Assembly (NCBI GenBank): GCA_021162085.1
Contig: JAGGZI010000034.1
Location: forward strand, 1 to 44,915
Direction: 5' to 3'
Source: Candidatus Aenigmatarchaeota archaeon
Lineage (GTDB): Archaea; Aenigmatarchaeota; Aenigmatarchaeia; PWEA01; JAGHBM01
DNA: 44,915 nt
In this document: piece by piece, positions 31,475 through 40,980 of the stretch
Numbering within the stretch: the first letter of the stretch is position 1
Layout of the letters: each line of letters begins with the position of its first letter
The notes under the pieces: generated by a model
Told to the model about the DNA's origin: nothing
Database searches by the model: none
Seen by the model: only the letters and a program-made list of their open reading frames with translations
Made by a program: the position numbers and the translations under genes

Positions 31475-32617
31475 ATGAAAAAAACTGTTATGGATGGGAA
31501 CATGGCAGCTGCATGGGGAGTGCGCTTATCAGATGTTAAAGTTGTTCCGAACTTTCCAATAACTCCACAGACCGAGCTAATAGAAACACTCGCCAGGTGG
31601 AAGGTTAATGGTGAATGGAATGGTGAATTTGTCAACCTTGAGGGAGAACATTCCGTGATGTCCGCAGCAATTGCAGCCGAGGCAACAGGAGTTAGAACGT
31701 TTACCGCATCGTCTTCTCAGGGAACACTTTATATGCATGAAGTAATGTATGTAGCATCAGGAATGAGATTGCCAATTGTGATGGTTAACGTCTCCAGGGG
31801 ACTTTCGGCACCGATAACACTGTGGACCGACCACAATGACATGCTGGCGATGAGAGACTCTGGTTGGTTGATGTTTTTCACGCACAACAATCAAGAGGTT
31901 CTTGATAGCATAATTCAGGCATACAAAATATCTGAAGACAAGAATGTTATGCTGCCAACACTGATAAACATGGAAGGATTTATTCAATCTTATACAAGGG
32001 AGCCCGTGTCCATACCAGACCAAAAGACTGTTAGAAAATTCCTACCAAAATATAAGCCTCATGTGGTACTGAATCCAGACGATCCAATGTGTCAGGGAAT
32101 AGGCGCAATGGGAAAGGACTACATGAAATTCAGGGCACAGCAACACAAAGCCCAACTAAATGCATTGAAAAAAATAAAAGATGTTGGAAAAGAATTTGGG
32201 AAGGTATTTGGAAGGTCATATGGTCTTGTGGAAAAATACAAAACCGATGATGCTGATTTTGTGTTTGTAAGTATGGGAGCATTGTCAACCACAATAAAGG
32301 AAACTGTGAACAGATTAAGGTCCGAAGGAAAGAAAGTTGGATTATTGCGGATAAGAACCTACCGCCCCTTCCCGGAAAAAGAAATTAAAAAAATTCTTAA
32401 GGATGTCAAGACAGTTGCAGTTATAGATAACAACGTAGCTCCTGGATATGGTGGAATACTATATCCAGAAATAAAATCCGCCCTTTACGGAACTGATACA
32501 ATAGTCTCTGATTTCATCGTTGGGTTGGGTGGAACACACACAGGAGTTAGCGAGTTTAACTCTATATACAAAAATGCACTCAAGAACAAAAAGTCAAAGA
32601 GATATTGGTTATTATGA
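31475..32617 (+). CDS. porA: Pyruvate:ferredoxin oxidoreductase alpha subunit
   Basis: The sequence MKKTVMDGNMAAAWGVRLSDVKVVPNFPITPQTELIE... matches the family. I prefer the ATG at 31475 (GAGGAGGAG SD, immediately after the porD stop) over 31457. Confidence 0.85.
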   Translation: MKKTVMDGNMAAAWGVRLSDVKVVPNFPITPQTELIETLARWKVNGEWNGEFVNLEGEHSVMSAAIAAEATGVRTFTASSSQGTLYMHEVMYVASGMRLPIVMVNVSRGLSAPITLWTDHNDMLAMRDSGWLMFFTHNNQEVLDSIIQAYKISEDKNVMLPTLINMEGFIQSYTREPVSIPDQKTVRKFLPKYKPHVVLNPDDPMCQGIGAMGKDYMKFRAQQHKAQLNALKKIKDVGKEFGKVFGRSYGLVEKYKTDDADFVFVSMGALSTTIKETVNRLRSEGKKVGLLRIRTYRPFPEKEIKKILKDVKTVAVIDNNVAPGYGGILYPEIKSALYGTDTIVSDFIVGLGGTHTGVSEFNSIYKNALKNKKSKRYWLL

Positions 32618-33459
32618 AAGTGATTAAGAAGACGGACTCGAAGAAGAAAAGTGTTAAAAAATTATACAGATTTGTAGATGAAGTTGTGGAAAGAATCTAC
32701 AAAAAGCCAAGAGTTAAGAATGTATTGTTCTTTTTCACCGAGGACCCAAAGAGGGCATTTTTGAACATAATAGATGCAGAGAACGTTCCACATGGCAGGC
32801 AATATGGAAAACTTGAGAAATGGCTTTCAGAAGACCTTTCATCTTTCTCAGTACAGAACAAGAAAATCGCTGTAATAATGATTAATCTAAATGATCCGGT
32901 TCTAAGAAATGATAAAGCAGCAAAGGCACTGATTGCACACGAATTCTCTCATACAATAGAGAAGTCATATGGAGTTGAACCAAAGATATCTAGAGTTGGT
33001 GGAAAACAGTGGCCGTTCATAATTAAAACCCTGCAGCGCATAAGGAAAGATTATGGAACTGTTTTAAATGACCTGATAAAACTAACCACATTCTTCATCC
33101 TATGCATGAAAGATATAATAGTGGACGAATTCCTCATAGAATCTGGATTCGAGGAAGAACTTGAAGAACTTCGCAAATATTACAAACCAAAGAGAATAAG
33201 AAAAATAAATAAGAATAACCTTGCCGATACCATAATATCCTATATAGGCTACAGAATTGAGTGGATTCCATTTGAAGTCAAACTAAATAGGAAGATCAGA
33301 TACAGAGAATTTGTACCAGAGATGGTTGAAAAGGAATGTAACAAGGTCGTAAAACAATTAAAGGACATAAGACCCGGAAAGTTAACTCAGAAAGATATAA
33401 AGGAAGTTGTTAGAACTGGACTCGATGCATACAGAAAACTTTACAAAAAAATGGATTGA
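32614..33459 (+). CDS. Hypothetical protein with HExxH motif (possible Zn-metallopeptidase)
   Basis: It contains ALIAHEFSHTIE. The ATG at 32614 overlaps the porA stop as ATGA. It occupies the position where porB is normally found but has no PorB-like TPP or Cys motifs. Confidence 0.4.
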   Translation: MKVIKKTDSKKKSVKKLYRFVDEVVERIYKKPRVKNVLFFFTEDPKRAFLNIIDAENVPHGRQYGKLEKWLSEDLSSFSVQNKKIAVIMINLNDPVLRNDKAAKALIAHEFSHTIEKSYGVEPKISRVGGKQWPFIIKTLQRIRKDYGTVLNDLIKLTTFFILCMKDIIVDEFLIESGFEEELEELRKYYKPKRIRKINKNNLADTIISYIGYRIEWIPFEVKLNRKIRYREFVPEMVEKECNKVVKQLKDIRPGKLTQKDIKEVVRTGLDAYRKLYKKMD

Positions 33460-33529
33460 GAGATATGTTTTTAAACTTATTCTTCTTAATATGGAAATCT
33501 ATTTAAAGATGAATGTGTGTTTTTGATAT

Positions 33530-34180
33530 ATGAAGATCGCTGATGGAATTTATCTATTGGATGGCGCCGAATTCGATTCAAACATGTTTTGCATAGACAA
33601 CGAGCTCTTGGTGGATTGTGGGAGTGGCTTCTTCATAGAAGAGACGTTGGCACAAATGGAAGAATATGGAATAGACCCTAAAAAGATAAAGATGATAGTT
33701 ATAACTCATGCTCATTTTGATCACTGTGGCGGCGCAAAGGAATGGAAAAAAATAACCGGCGCAAAAGTTTTCGTCCATGAGAATGACCTGAATGCACTTG
33801 AAACAGGGAATGGTGTAATGGCAGAAGAGTACGATGCAGAATATGAAGGCGTAAAAGCAGATGGAATTCTAAGAGAGGGAGAAGAAATAAAGACAAAAAA
33901 CTACACGTTCAATGTCATCCACACACCTGGTCATACTCCAGGTGGAATTTGTCTATGGGACGAGAAGAAAAGGGTTTTGATAAGCGATGATATATTGACC
34001 CCCGATGGTGTTGGTAGAAGTGATCACCCAGGAGCAAATGAAAAGGAACTTCTGAATTCCTTAAGAAAAATAAAAAAACTTGGTGACATACAGATTCTCT
34101 TACCTGGTCATGGTGCACCGGCATCCAGATACAATCCCTATGCAAAGGACGCCATAAAGAAGATATTAGAAAAGATTTAA
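33530..34180 (+). CDS. MBL-fold metallo-hydrolase
   Basis: ITHAHFDHCGGA (HxHxDH), HTPGHTPG and LLPGHG match the family. Confidence 0.8.
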   Translation: MKIADGIYLLDGAEFDSNMFCIDNELLVDCGSGFFIEETLAQMEEYGIDPKKIKMIVITHAHFDHCGGAKEWKKITGAKVFVHENDLNALETGNGVMAEEYDAEYEGVKADGILREGEEIKTKNYTFNVIHTPGHTPGGICLWDEKKRVLISDDILTPDGVGRSDHPGANEKELLNSLRKIKKLGDIQILLPGHGAPASRYNPYAKDAIKKILEKI

Positions 34181-34188
34181 TTCTATTT

Positions 34189-34401
34189 ATGAAATCAAAA
34201 ATTGTAGAATTCATAAACAAGATTCTATGGGAAGGAGAAATCTCCAATTACAACTTCATTATAATTCATAGGGGAGCACCGGGAGATGAAAAAAATATTC
34301 CTGGAGAGGATGTAACCGGCCTGAAAGATAGATTCTTAATTCTCAGAGACGGATCCAAAATACCCATTCACAGAATAAAGATAATTAGAAAAATTAAGTG
34401 A
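34189..34401 (+). CDS. DUF504 / UPF0248 (MJ1316-type RNA cyclic-end recognition domain)-like small protein
   Basis: 70 aa. FINKILWEGE...YNFIIIHRGAPGDEKNIP...KIPIHRIKIIRK matches the remembered pattern l..i.W....y.i.y.hRGa......IP.HRI..I of this archaeal family. Confidence 0.55.
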   Translation: MKSKIVEFINKILWEGEISNYNFIIIHRGAPGDEKNIPGEDVTGLKDRFLILRDGSKIPIHRIKIIRKIK

Positions 34402-34498
34402 AATCGTCAGGAATTGTGCCAAAAATTTTAAATATTTGTTTTATTAAAATATTTTTAGTGTTTATTTAAACTAAAATAATCATAAGGAGGTGGTGTAA

Positions 34499-34954
34499 AT
34501 GGCAAAAAAACCAATAAGGTTCTTCTGGGAAGACGATCCTTGGGACGATTTAAGCAGGATTCATGAGGACATCCATAGATTCATGAGAGATATGTGGAGC
34601 GTTCCTGATATAAGTGTAGGCTTTGGGTCAACATTCCCAGTGGACATAGCAGAGAAAAAGGATAAGATAGTAGTCACAGCAGATCTACCGGGAGTTGACA
34701 AGGAGAACGTCTCTGTTAGAATAGTTGACAATAAATTAATAATAGACGCTGAACAAAGTGAAGAAGAGAAAGAAGTTGATAAAAATTACCTAAGACAGGA
34801 GAGAAGATATGGTAAATTCCACAGAGAAATATTACTCCCTATAGAGGTTGAAGAAGACGAAGCGAAGGCAGAAATGAAAAATGGTGTTCTAAAGATAGAG
34901 ATACCAAAGAAGGAAAAGAGTAAGAGAAGAGGAAAGGAAATAAAGATCAATTAA
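34499..34954 (+). CDS. hsp20: Small heat-shock protein, Hsp20/alpha-crystallin family
   Basis: AGGAGGTGGTG SD precedes the ATG. Matching segments are VDIAEKKDKIVVTADLPGVDKENVSV, RYGKFHREILLP and AEMKNGVLKIEIPK. Confidence 0.85.
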   Translation: MAKKPIRFFWEDDPWDDLSRIHEDIHRFMRDMWSVPDISVGFGSTFPVDIAEKKDKIVVTADLPGVDKENVSVRIVDNKLIIDAEQSEEEKEVDKNYLRQERRYGKFHREILLPIEVEEDEAKAEMKNGVLKIEIPKKEKSKRRGKEIKIN

Positions 34955-34967
34955 CTCCCTTCCCTTT

Positions 34968-35975
34968 TTACATTTTTTTACATGATATTATATTTCCATT
35001 TACTTCAAATTTCACTGGAAGAAACTTCTCTGTAACCCACATATTTGTTTTGGCATGATTCGTGATCTCTGAAGCAGAAAATTCTCCACCACCAGCAAGG
35101 GCCATGTATGGTATTATTTGGTCTCCCATCCATCTATCAAGTGTTGCACCGCTATTCATTTCATCCTTTAATATTTTTGCGCACTCCATACCAACATCCT
35201 CTGCAGGCATTCCTGGACTACCTATGAAATCGGCACCAAGCTTTGTATTCTCGAAATGAGCATGTGCATGTATGCAGGATCCTGTAGATAACGTATCAGT
35301 ATAAAGACTATGTTCATGCTCGGTATAACTAAGAACCTTCTTAAATCCTTCTATCTGCCTCTCAGCAACCCTTCTTCCCTTCAAATCCTTTGAACACACG
35401 GACCATATATCAATTCTCTTAAACTTCCCCCTTTCAGTTATGCTTAACTTTTTCAGTCTTTGACCTGGAACTTCTCTAAATCTTACAACTCCACCTCCCC
35501 TCGGATAAAAGCCTCTTTTTTGAACATCTATCTTGACATAAACTCCCATTCTATCAAGGAAATTACAAAAGACATGCCTGAAGTAATCTATTGATGGACT
35601 CCACATAACATTAGTCCCACCCCTGATTTCTATTTCTATCTCCTTTTTTGTGTATATTGCAGGGGGTATTATAGTTTGTAATAGAAGTGTTATCGAACCT
35701 GCCGTTCCTATATCAACCGAGAATTTTCCACCTGTGATCTCTCCTGGATAGAACTCAATTGTTGTGGAGCCTATTTTATTCCCCTTTAACTTACCGTTAC
35801 AAAGTCTTGCAACTGTCTCTATTGCATTGAGATGCTGTGCTTTGAGACCAGGATTTGGCCTACCCTTCCTTATATTAAAAATCTTGCACGGTTGCCCAGT
35901 AACCGCAGATAGTGATACAGCTGTCCTGAGAATCTGCCCTCCGCCCTCAAGATAAGAACCATCTATCTCTATCAT
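34968..35975 (-). CDS. rtcA: RNA 3'-terminal phosphate cyclase
   Basis: MIEIDGSYLEGGGQILRTAVSLSAVTGQPCKIFNIRKGRPNPGLKAQHL is the characteristic RtcA N-terminus. The protein is 335 aa. Confidence 0.85.
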   Translation of the reverse strand: MIEIDGSYLEGGGQILRTAVSLSAVTGQPCKIFNIRKGRPNPGLKAQHLNAIETVARLCNGKLKGNKIGSTTIEFYPGEITGGKFSVDIGTAGSITLLLQTIIPPAIYTKKEIEIEIRGGTNVMWSPSIDYFRHVFCNFLDRMGVYVKIDVQKRGFYPRGGGVVRFREVPGQRLKKLSITERGKFKRIDIWSVCSKDLKGRRVAERQIEGFKKVLSYTEHEHSLYTDTLSTGSCIHAHAHFENTKLGADFIGSPGMPAEDVGMECAKILKDEMNSGATLDRWMGDQIIPYMALAGGGEFSASEITNHAKTNMWVTEKFLPVKFEVNGNIISCKKM

Positions 35976-36007
35976 AGAATTAAAATTAGGGTTTAGAATT
36001 TATAAGT

Positions 36008-37288
36008 TTATATTTCAACAACTTCTCCTATACTCGGTGCATACGCATCATATCCCATTTCCCTGAGCTCGCCAGCAAACTTTTCACACTCATCGCCATG
36101 CATGACAAGAATTTTTTCTGGGTCTATCATCCTAACGTATTTAAACAATTCATTACGTCCAGCATGAGCACTTAGATCTATGAACCTTATTTTGCACTTC
36201 ACCTTGAAGTTATCTGTTTCCGTTATGTATTTTCCTGTATCCAGGAGCGTCCTCCCCGCAGAACCTGGGACTTGAAATCCTGTAAGTATTAGGGAACATT
36301 TTTCATTCTGGTATAGCTTCTCCAGATAATGAACTATTGGACCACCATTCAACATTCCAGAAGTTGTCACCACAATGGATGGCTCATTGATTATTTTATC
36401 CCTTTGTCTATTGTTATGAACTTTAGTTATGGTCTTAAATATCTTCTCCAGTGCTTGTGGATTCCTTATAAGCTCCGGATACCTTAATATCACCTTCGTT
36501 GCATCAATTGACATCCCATCCAGATAAACTGGATACTTGTTGATCAATCCGAATTTTTCCAGAATCAAGAGAATCTCCTGAGCTCTCCCAACAGCGAATG
36601 AAGGAAGAAGTGCCACACCATTATTTTCCAAGGTGGCTTTTATATCCCCCACGAGTTCTCTTTCCTGCTTTTCTCTGTCTGGATGTTCTCTTTCGCCATA
36701 TGTTGACTCCATCATAAGGACATCTGTTCTTTCTCTTATGGGTTCCAGTCCCTTGAGAAGCTCAGTGTCCTTTAACTTTATATCACCAGAATAAACAATT
36801 GTCTTTTTACCTGTATCGAGATGAAAGGTAACAGAGCCTGGAATATGTCCCGCATCATAAACACCAATTCCCACCCTTCCTATGTAAAAATATTGTCCAT
36901 ATGTAACTCTGTACTCATTTTCTTCCATTATCTTGAGATCCTTGGAGAAAAAATGCTTTTCCTGATTCCTTAAGTTGGCCAACTTTATACTATCCTTCAG
37001 GAGAATTCTTGAGAGGTCGAATGTGGTTGCCGTTGAATAAGTGGGCCCCCTGTAGCCTCTGTGATAAAGGTTTGGAACGAATCCTGAATGATCAAGATGG
37101 GCATGAGACAAAAGCAAACCATCTAGGTTTAGATTAACCTTTAGCGGTATTTTCGGCTCTTGAAGTGGCCCCTCGGCTTGAGAAACTATCTTTATTCCAT
37201 AATCCATCAAAATCTTTTCTGTTCCAGTATCGAGAAGCACACCAGACCTTCCAACCTCTCGCGCTCCGCCAAGAAATTTCAAATTCAT
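36008..37288 (-). CDS. Beta-CASP/MBL ribonuclease (aCPSF2-like)
   Basis: MNLKFLGGAREVGRSGVLL, LLSHAHLDHSGFVP and a C-terminal SAHAGRNEL...MHGD are beta-CASP motifs. The 426-aa size fits aCPSF2. The gene lies 32 nt upstream of rtcA on the same strand. Confidence 0.75.
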   Translation of the reverse strand: MNLKFLGGAREVGRSGVLLDTGTEKILMDYGIKIVSQAEGPLQEPKIPLKVNLNLDGLLLSHAHLDHSGFVPNLYHRGYRGPTYSTATTFDLSRILLKDSIKLANLRNQEKHFFSKDLKIMEENEYRVTYGQYFYIGRVGIGVYDAGHIPGSVTFHLDTGKKTIVYSGDIKLKDTELLKGLEPIRERTDVLMMESTYGEREHPDREKQERELVGDIKATLENNGVALLPSFAVGRAQEILLILEKFGLINKYPVYLDGMSIDATKVILRYPELIRNPQALEKIFKTITKVHNNRQRDKIINEPSIVVTTSGMLNGGPIVHYLEKLYQNEKCSLILTGFQVPGSAGRTLLDTGKYITETDNFKVKCKIRFIDLSAHAGRNELFKYVRMIDPEKILVMHGDECEKFAGELREMGYDAYAPSIGEVVEI

Positions 37289-37338
37289 ATGAAATTATTG
37301 AAGAATTTATAATATAAATATGATTCAAAATTGGGAAA

Positions 37339-37346
37339 TTTAAATA
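37339..37346 (+). promoter_or_regulatory. TATA box for tyrS
   Basis: TTTAAATA is centred ~26 nt upstream of the ATG at 37368. Neither candidate ATG has an SD, which suggests a leaderless mRNA. Confidence 0.45.
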
Positions 37347-37367
37347 ATGAAAAAACAAACTATTTAT

Positions 37368-38438
37368 ATGAAAATTGAAGAAAGAGTAAAACTCATTAAG
37401 GAAGTGGGAGAAGAAATAATTACAGAGGAAGAACTCATTAAACTCTTGAAAGAAAAGAATCACCCAATAGCTTATGATGGATTTGAACCCTCTGGAAATG
37501 TTCATATCGCACAGGGTCTCTTAAGAGCCATAAACATAAACAAGATGATAAAAGCTGGATGTAAGTTTAAAATGCTTGTTGCAGATTGGCATGCATGGGC
37601 AAACAATAAACTCGGTGGAGACCTTGAAAAAATACAAACAGCCGGAAAATACTATATAGAAGTATGGAAAGCGTGTGGGCTAAAAACCAAAGACGTAGAA
37701 TTCATCTGGTCAAAAGATATTGTTGGTGATAAAAATTATTGGAAAATTGTTATGGACGTAGCAAGAGAAAACACTGTGAAAAGAATAATAAGATGCGCGC
37801 AGATAATGGGGAGACGGGAATCTGAGAACCTTTCTGCCTCGCAGATATTATATCCATGCATGCAGACAGCAGACATCTTTTATTTGAAGGCGGATATAGC
37901 ACAACTCGGCATGGATCAAAGAAAGGTAAATATGCTCGCAAGAGAAATTGGGGAAAAAATTGGGTTTTGGAAACCTGTTGTTGTATCTCATCATATGTTG
38001 ATGGGCTTAAACAAGCCCCCTAAAAGTGAAAATGCTGTAGAAAGAGCTATAGAAATGAAAATGTCAAAATCAAAGCCAGAAACAGCAATCTTCATGACTG
38101 ACTCTGAAGATGATATAAAAAGAAAAATAAGTAAGGCGTATTGTCCTAAAAAACAGGTTATAGATAATCCCATACTTGAATACTGCAAATACATAATATT
38201 TGAAAAATTTGATTCAATGAAAATAGAGAGACCTAAAAAATTTGGTGGGGATTTAGAAATCAAAACTTATAAAGAACTTGAAGAACTCTATAGAAAGGGA
38301 GAACTGCATCCACTAGATTTGAAAAAATCTGTCGCGTTTTATTTGAACGAATTATTGAAACCAATAAGAAAACACTTCAAAAATGGTGAAGCAAAAGAGC
38401 TGTACGAAGAAGTTAAAAAAATGAAAATAACAAGGTAA
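37368..38438 (+). CDS. tyrS: Tyrosyl-tRNA synthetase (archaeal type)
   Basis: YDGFEPSGNVHIAQG (HIGH-like) and KMSKSKP are present. ISKAYCP...NPILEYCKY, ERPKKFGGDL and ELHPLDLKKSVAFYLNELLKPIRK are collinear with M. jannaschii TyrRS as I remember it. The start is chosen at the second ATG; 37347 remains possible. Confidence 0.8.
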   Translation: MKIEERVKLIKEVGEEIITEEELIKLLKEKNHPIAYDGFEPSGNVHIAQGLLRAININKMIKAGCKFKMLVADWHAWANNKLGGDLEKIQTAGKYYIEVWKACGLKTKDVEFIWSKDIVGDKNYWKIVMDVARENTVKRIIRCAQIMGRRESENLSASQILYPCMQTADIFYLKADIAQLGMDQRKVNMLAREIGEKIGFWKPVVVSHHMLMGLNKPPKSENAVERAIEMKMSKSKPETAIFMTDSEDDIKRKISKAYCPKKQVIDNPILEYCKYIIFEKFDSMKIERPKKFGGDLEIKTYKELEELYRKGELHPLDLKKSVAFYLNELLKPIRKHFKNGEAKELYEEVKKMKITR

Positions 38439-38442
38439 TCTT

Positions 38443-39723
38443 ATGTTGGATATAAACCTAATCAGAGAAAATCCTGAGATGGTTAGAGAGAATCTTAAAA
38501 GAAGGGGCGACCCCGAATACATGAAATATCTTGATGAACTGATCGAAAAGGATAAAGAATGGAGGAAGCTGGTTACAAGAAATCAGGAACTCAGACATGA
38601 AAGAAATGTCCTTAGCAAAAAGATAGGAGAGATGAAGAGGAATAAAAAGGATGCAACTAATGAAATGAAGAAGGTTGAGTCCATAAAGGAAGAAATGAAG
38701 GAGAATGAAGGTATGATAAGGGAACTCGAGGAAAGGAAGAAAATACTGCTTTTCAAAATTCCAAATCTTTTACATGAGAGCGTTCCTGATGGAAAGGATG
38801 AAAACGATAACGTGGAAATAAGGAGGTGGGGCAAAGAGCCCAAGTTTAATTTTAAACCAAAAAACCATCTCGAAATAGGAAAGAACTTGATAGATTTTGA
38901 ATCAGGCGCCAAAGCATCTGGAAATGGATTTGTCTATCTAAAGAATGATATGGTGCTCCTGGATATGGCACTCCAGAGGTTTGCCATAGATTTTCTTGTT
39001 AAGAAAGGCTATACCCTTGTTGAGCCACCTTACATGATCAATAAAAGAACATATGAATCTATGATAGGCGACCCAACAGAATTTTCAGAGGCAAGTTACA
39101 AAATAGAAGAAGAATATCTTTACCTCATACCAACGGCGGAGTACCCTCTGGGCGGAATGTTTATAGACAAGGTCTTAAACAAAAAGGACCTGCCAATAAA
39201 GTTAGTTGGAATTTCACCTGCATTCAGAAGAGAAGTTGGAACTCATGGAAAATATGCAAAGGGATTATTCAGAATGCATCAATTCAACAAAGTAGAACAG
39301 TTAATAATCTCCCTGCCTGAAGAATCATGGAAATTCTTTGATGAACTTCAAAAAAATTCTGAAGAGCTTTACCAAAAACTTGGAATATGTTACAGAGTGG
39401 TGAATGTTTGTACTGGTGACATAGGCAAAAAACAGGCAAAGCAATATGACATAGAAGCGTGGATGGCGGATGGAAAATTCAGAGAAGTTGGGTCAAACTC
39501 TAACTGTACAGACTACCAGGCAAGGAGACTAAACCTTAAATATAGAGAAAAGGAGGGACAACCACCAAAGGGATTTGTCCACATACTGAACAACACGGCC
39601 ATAGCAACATCAAGAACCATGATTGCAATCTTAGAACAGTACCAACAAAAAGATGGGTCGGTTAAAATCCCCGAGGTTTTGCAGCCATATATGAACGGAA
39701 AGAAAGTTATTAAGTTTTATTAA
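38443..39723 (+). CDS. serS: Seryl-tRNA synthetase
   Basis: MLDINLIRENPEMVRENLKRRG opens an N-terminal coiled-coil arm. Class II motifs FRREVG and GSNSNCTDYQARRL are present. The protein is 426 aa. Confidence 0.9.
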   Translation: MLDINLIRENPEMVRENLKRRGDPEYMKYLDELIEKDKEWRKLVTRNQELRHERNVLSKKIGEMKRNKKDATNEMKKVESIKEEMKENEGMIRELEERKKILLFKIPNLLHESVPDGKDENDNVEIRRWGKEPKFNFKPKNHLEIGKNLIDFESGAKASGNGFVYLKNDMVLLDMALQRFAIDFLVKKGYTLVEPPYMINKRTYESMIGDPTEFSEASYKIEEEYLYLIPTAEYPLGGMFIDKVLNKKDLPIKLVGISPAFRREVGTHGKYAKGLFRMHQFNKVEQLIISLPEESWKFFDELQKNSEELYQKLGICYRVVNVCTGDIGKKQAKQYDIEAWMADGKFREVGSNSNCTDYQARRLNLKYREKEGQPPKGFVHILNNTAIATSRTMIAILEQYQQKDGSVKIPEVLQPYMNGKKVIKFY

Positions 39724-39745
39724 TTACAAAAAATAAGAATTCTTT

Positions 39746-40303
39746 ATGAAATTGTTTGAGGAAATCTTAAGGCAGTCCATGCCAGTCTTATTTTTATGCA
39801 TATTTGGAGAAATACTTGCAGGGCTCTTTTTAACCAACATACAGGAATATCTAAATGTTCTCCCAGGAATAATAATACTCGTTCCTGCCGTTATGGGAAC
39901 TCGGGGTAACATACTTGGTACTGTGTCAACAAGACTTACGTCTGGTCTCCACATAGGTACAATCTACCCGAGATTCAGGAAGAACCCAGTTTTATCGACA
40001 AACATAAAGGCAGGATTTCTGATGAGTATAATCATTTCTTTTATAACTGGCGTAGTGGCCCACTTTGCATGTGTATCGCTTGGATTTCAAAGCATGGGAA
40101 TAGTAAAATTTTCATTGATATCTCTAATGGCAGGATTTATGGCCGATGCCTCACTTATACTTCTATCTGTATTCATATGTTTCTTTTCATTCAAAAAAAA
40201 TATAGATCCGGATAACATAATAATTCCGACAATAACAACTATAAGTGACTTCATGTCCGTTTTGTTCCTACTTATATCGGTTCACATAGTACAAGCTATT
40301 TAA
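39746..40303 (+). CDS. MgtE-family divalent-cation transporter membrane domain protein
   Basis: PAVMGTRGNILGTVSTRLTSGLHIG and PDNIIIPTITTISDF resemble the MgtE TM domain. There are ~5 hydrophobic helices and no cytosolic N-domain. Confidence 0.65.
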   Translation: MKLFEEILRQSMPVLFLCIFGEILAGLFLTNIQEYLNVLPGIIILVPAVMGTRGNILGTVSTRLTSGLHIGTIYPRFRKNPVLSTNIKAGFLMSIIISFITGVVAHFACVSLGFQSMGIVKFSLISLMAGFMADASLILLSVFICFFSFKKNIDPDNIIIPTITTISDFMSVLFLLISVHIVQAI

Positions 40304-40362
40304 ATATTTGCATTAAAATTTTATTAATATAACATCATAAAATCTAATGTGTGTGAAAAAAT

Positions 40363-40932
40363 ATGGGGAAAAATGTAAAGGAACTCTTGGAAGAACTAAA
40401 AAATGTATCTGAACTAATGCTCGACTTAGCATATTCTGCAGTATTTTTTGAGAGCAAAGACATAGCAAGAGAGGTAATTCTTTTATCCGATAGTGTTAGT
40501 AAGCTGGAAGAAGATTTATATCTCCATTTGTTTGCAATATCTAAGAAAATGTCAAAGAGACTTATATCTGTCATAGAGCTTGTTGAGACATCCAAAAAAG
40601 TTGCTGCCGCTGCAAAGAATTTAGGAGAGCTTGTCCTTGAAGGTAAGGAACTTCACCCTGTAATAAAGGTTGCATTGAAGGAAACTGATGAATCAATAGT
40701 CAGGGTGAAGATATCAAAGAACTCCATAATGGCAAATAAGACACTTGGAGAATTGAAGTTCAGAAGTAATACTGGACTTGATGTAATTGCCATAAGGAGA
40801 AGAAAGAAGTGGATATTTGACCCTAAGAAAAATACAAGAATATATCCCGGAGATGTAATCATTGCCGTTGGTTCTCTAGAGAGTTGCAGAAGAGCAAAGG
40901 ATATTGCAAATGGAAAAATACAAGAATTATAG
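40363..40932 (+). CDS. Regulatory protein with C-terminal TrkA-C (RCK_C) domain
   Basis: VRVKISKNSIMANKTLGELKFRSNTGLDVIAIRRRKKWIFDPKKNTRIYPGDVIIAVG fits TrkA-C. The N-terminal half is helical and PhoU-like. The gene sits next to the MgtE-like gene. Confidence 0.6.
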   Translation: MGKNVKELLEELKNVSELMLDLAYSAVFFESKDIAREVILLSDSVSKLEEDLYLHLFAISKKMSKRLISVIELVETSKKVAAAAKNLGELVLEGKELHPVIKVALKETDESIVRVKISKNSIMANKTLGELKFRSNTGLDVIAIRRRKKWIFDPKKNTRIYPGDVIIAVGSLESCRRAKDIANGKIQEL

Positions 40933-40980
40933 AAAAATTTTAAATTAGTTAACAATCTTTTTCTATAGACAGTGAAATAA

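Noticed and set aside
39724-39954. A 76-aa minus-strand ORF abutting the serS stop.
   Set aside because: It is antisense to the 5' part of the MgtE-like gene and has no signals. The sense gene has clear family motifs.
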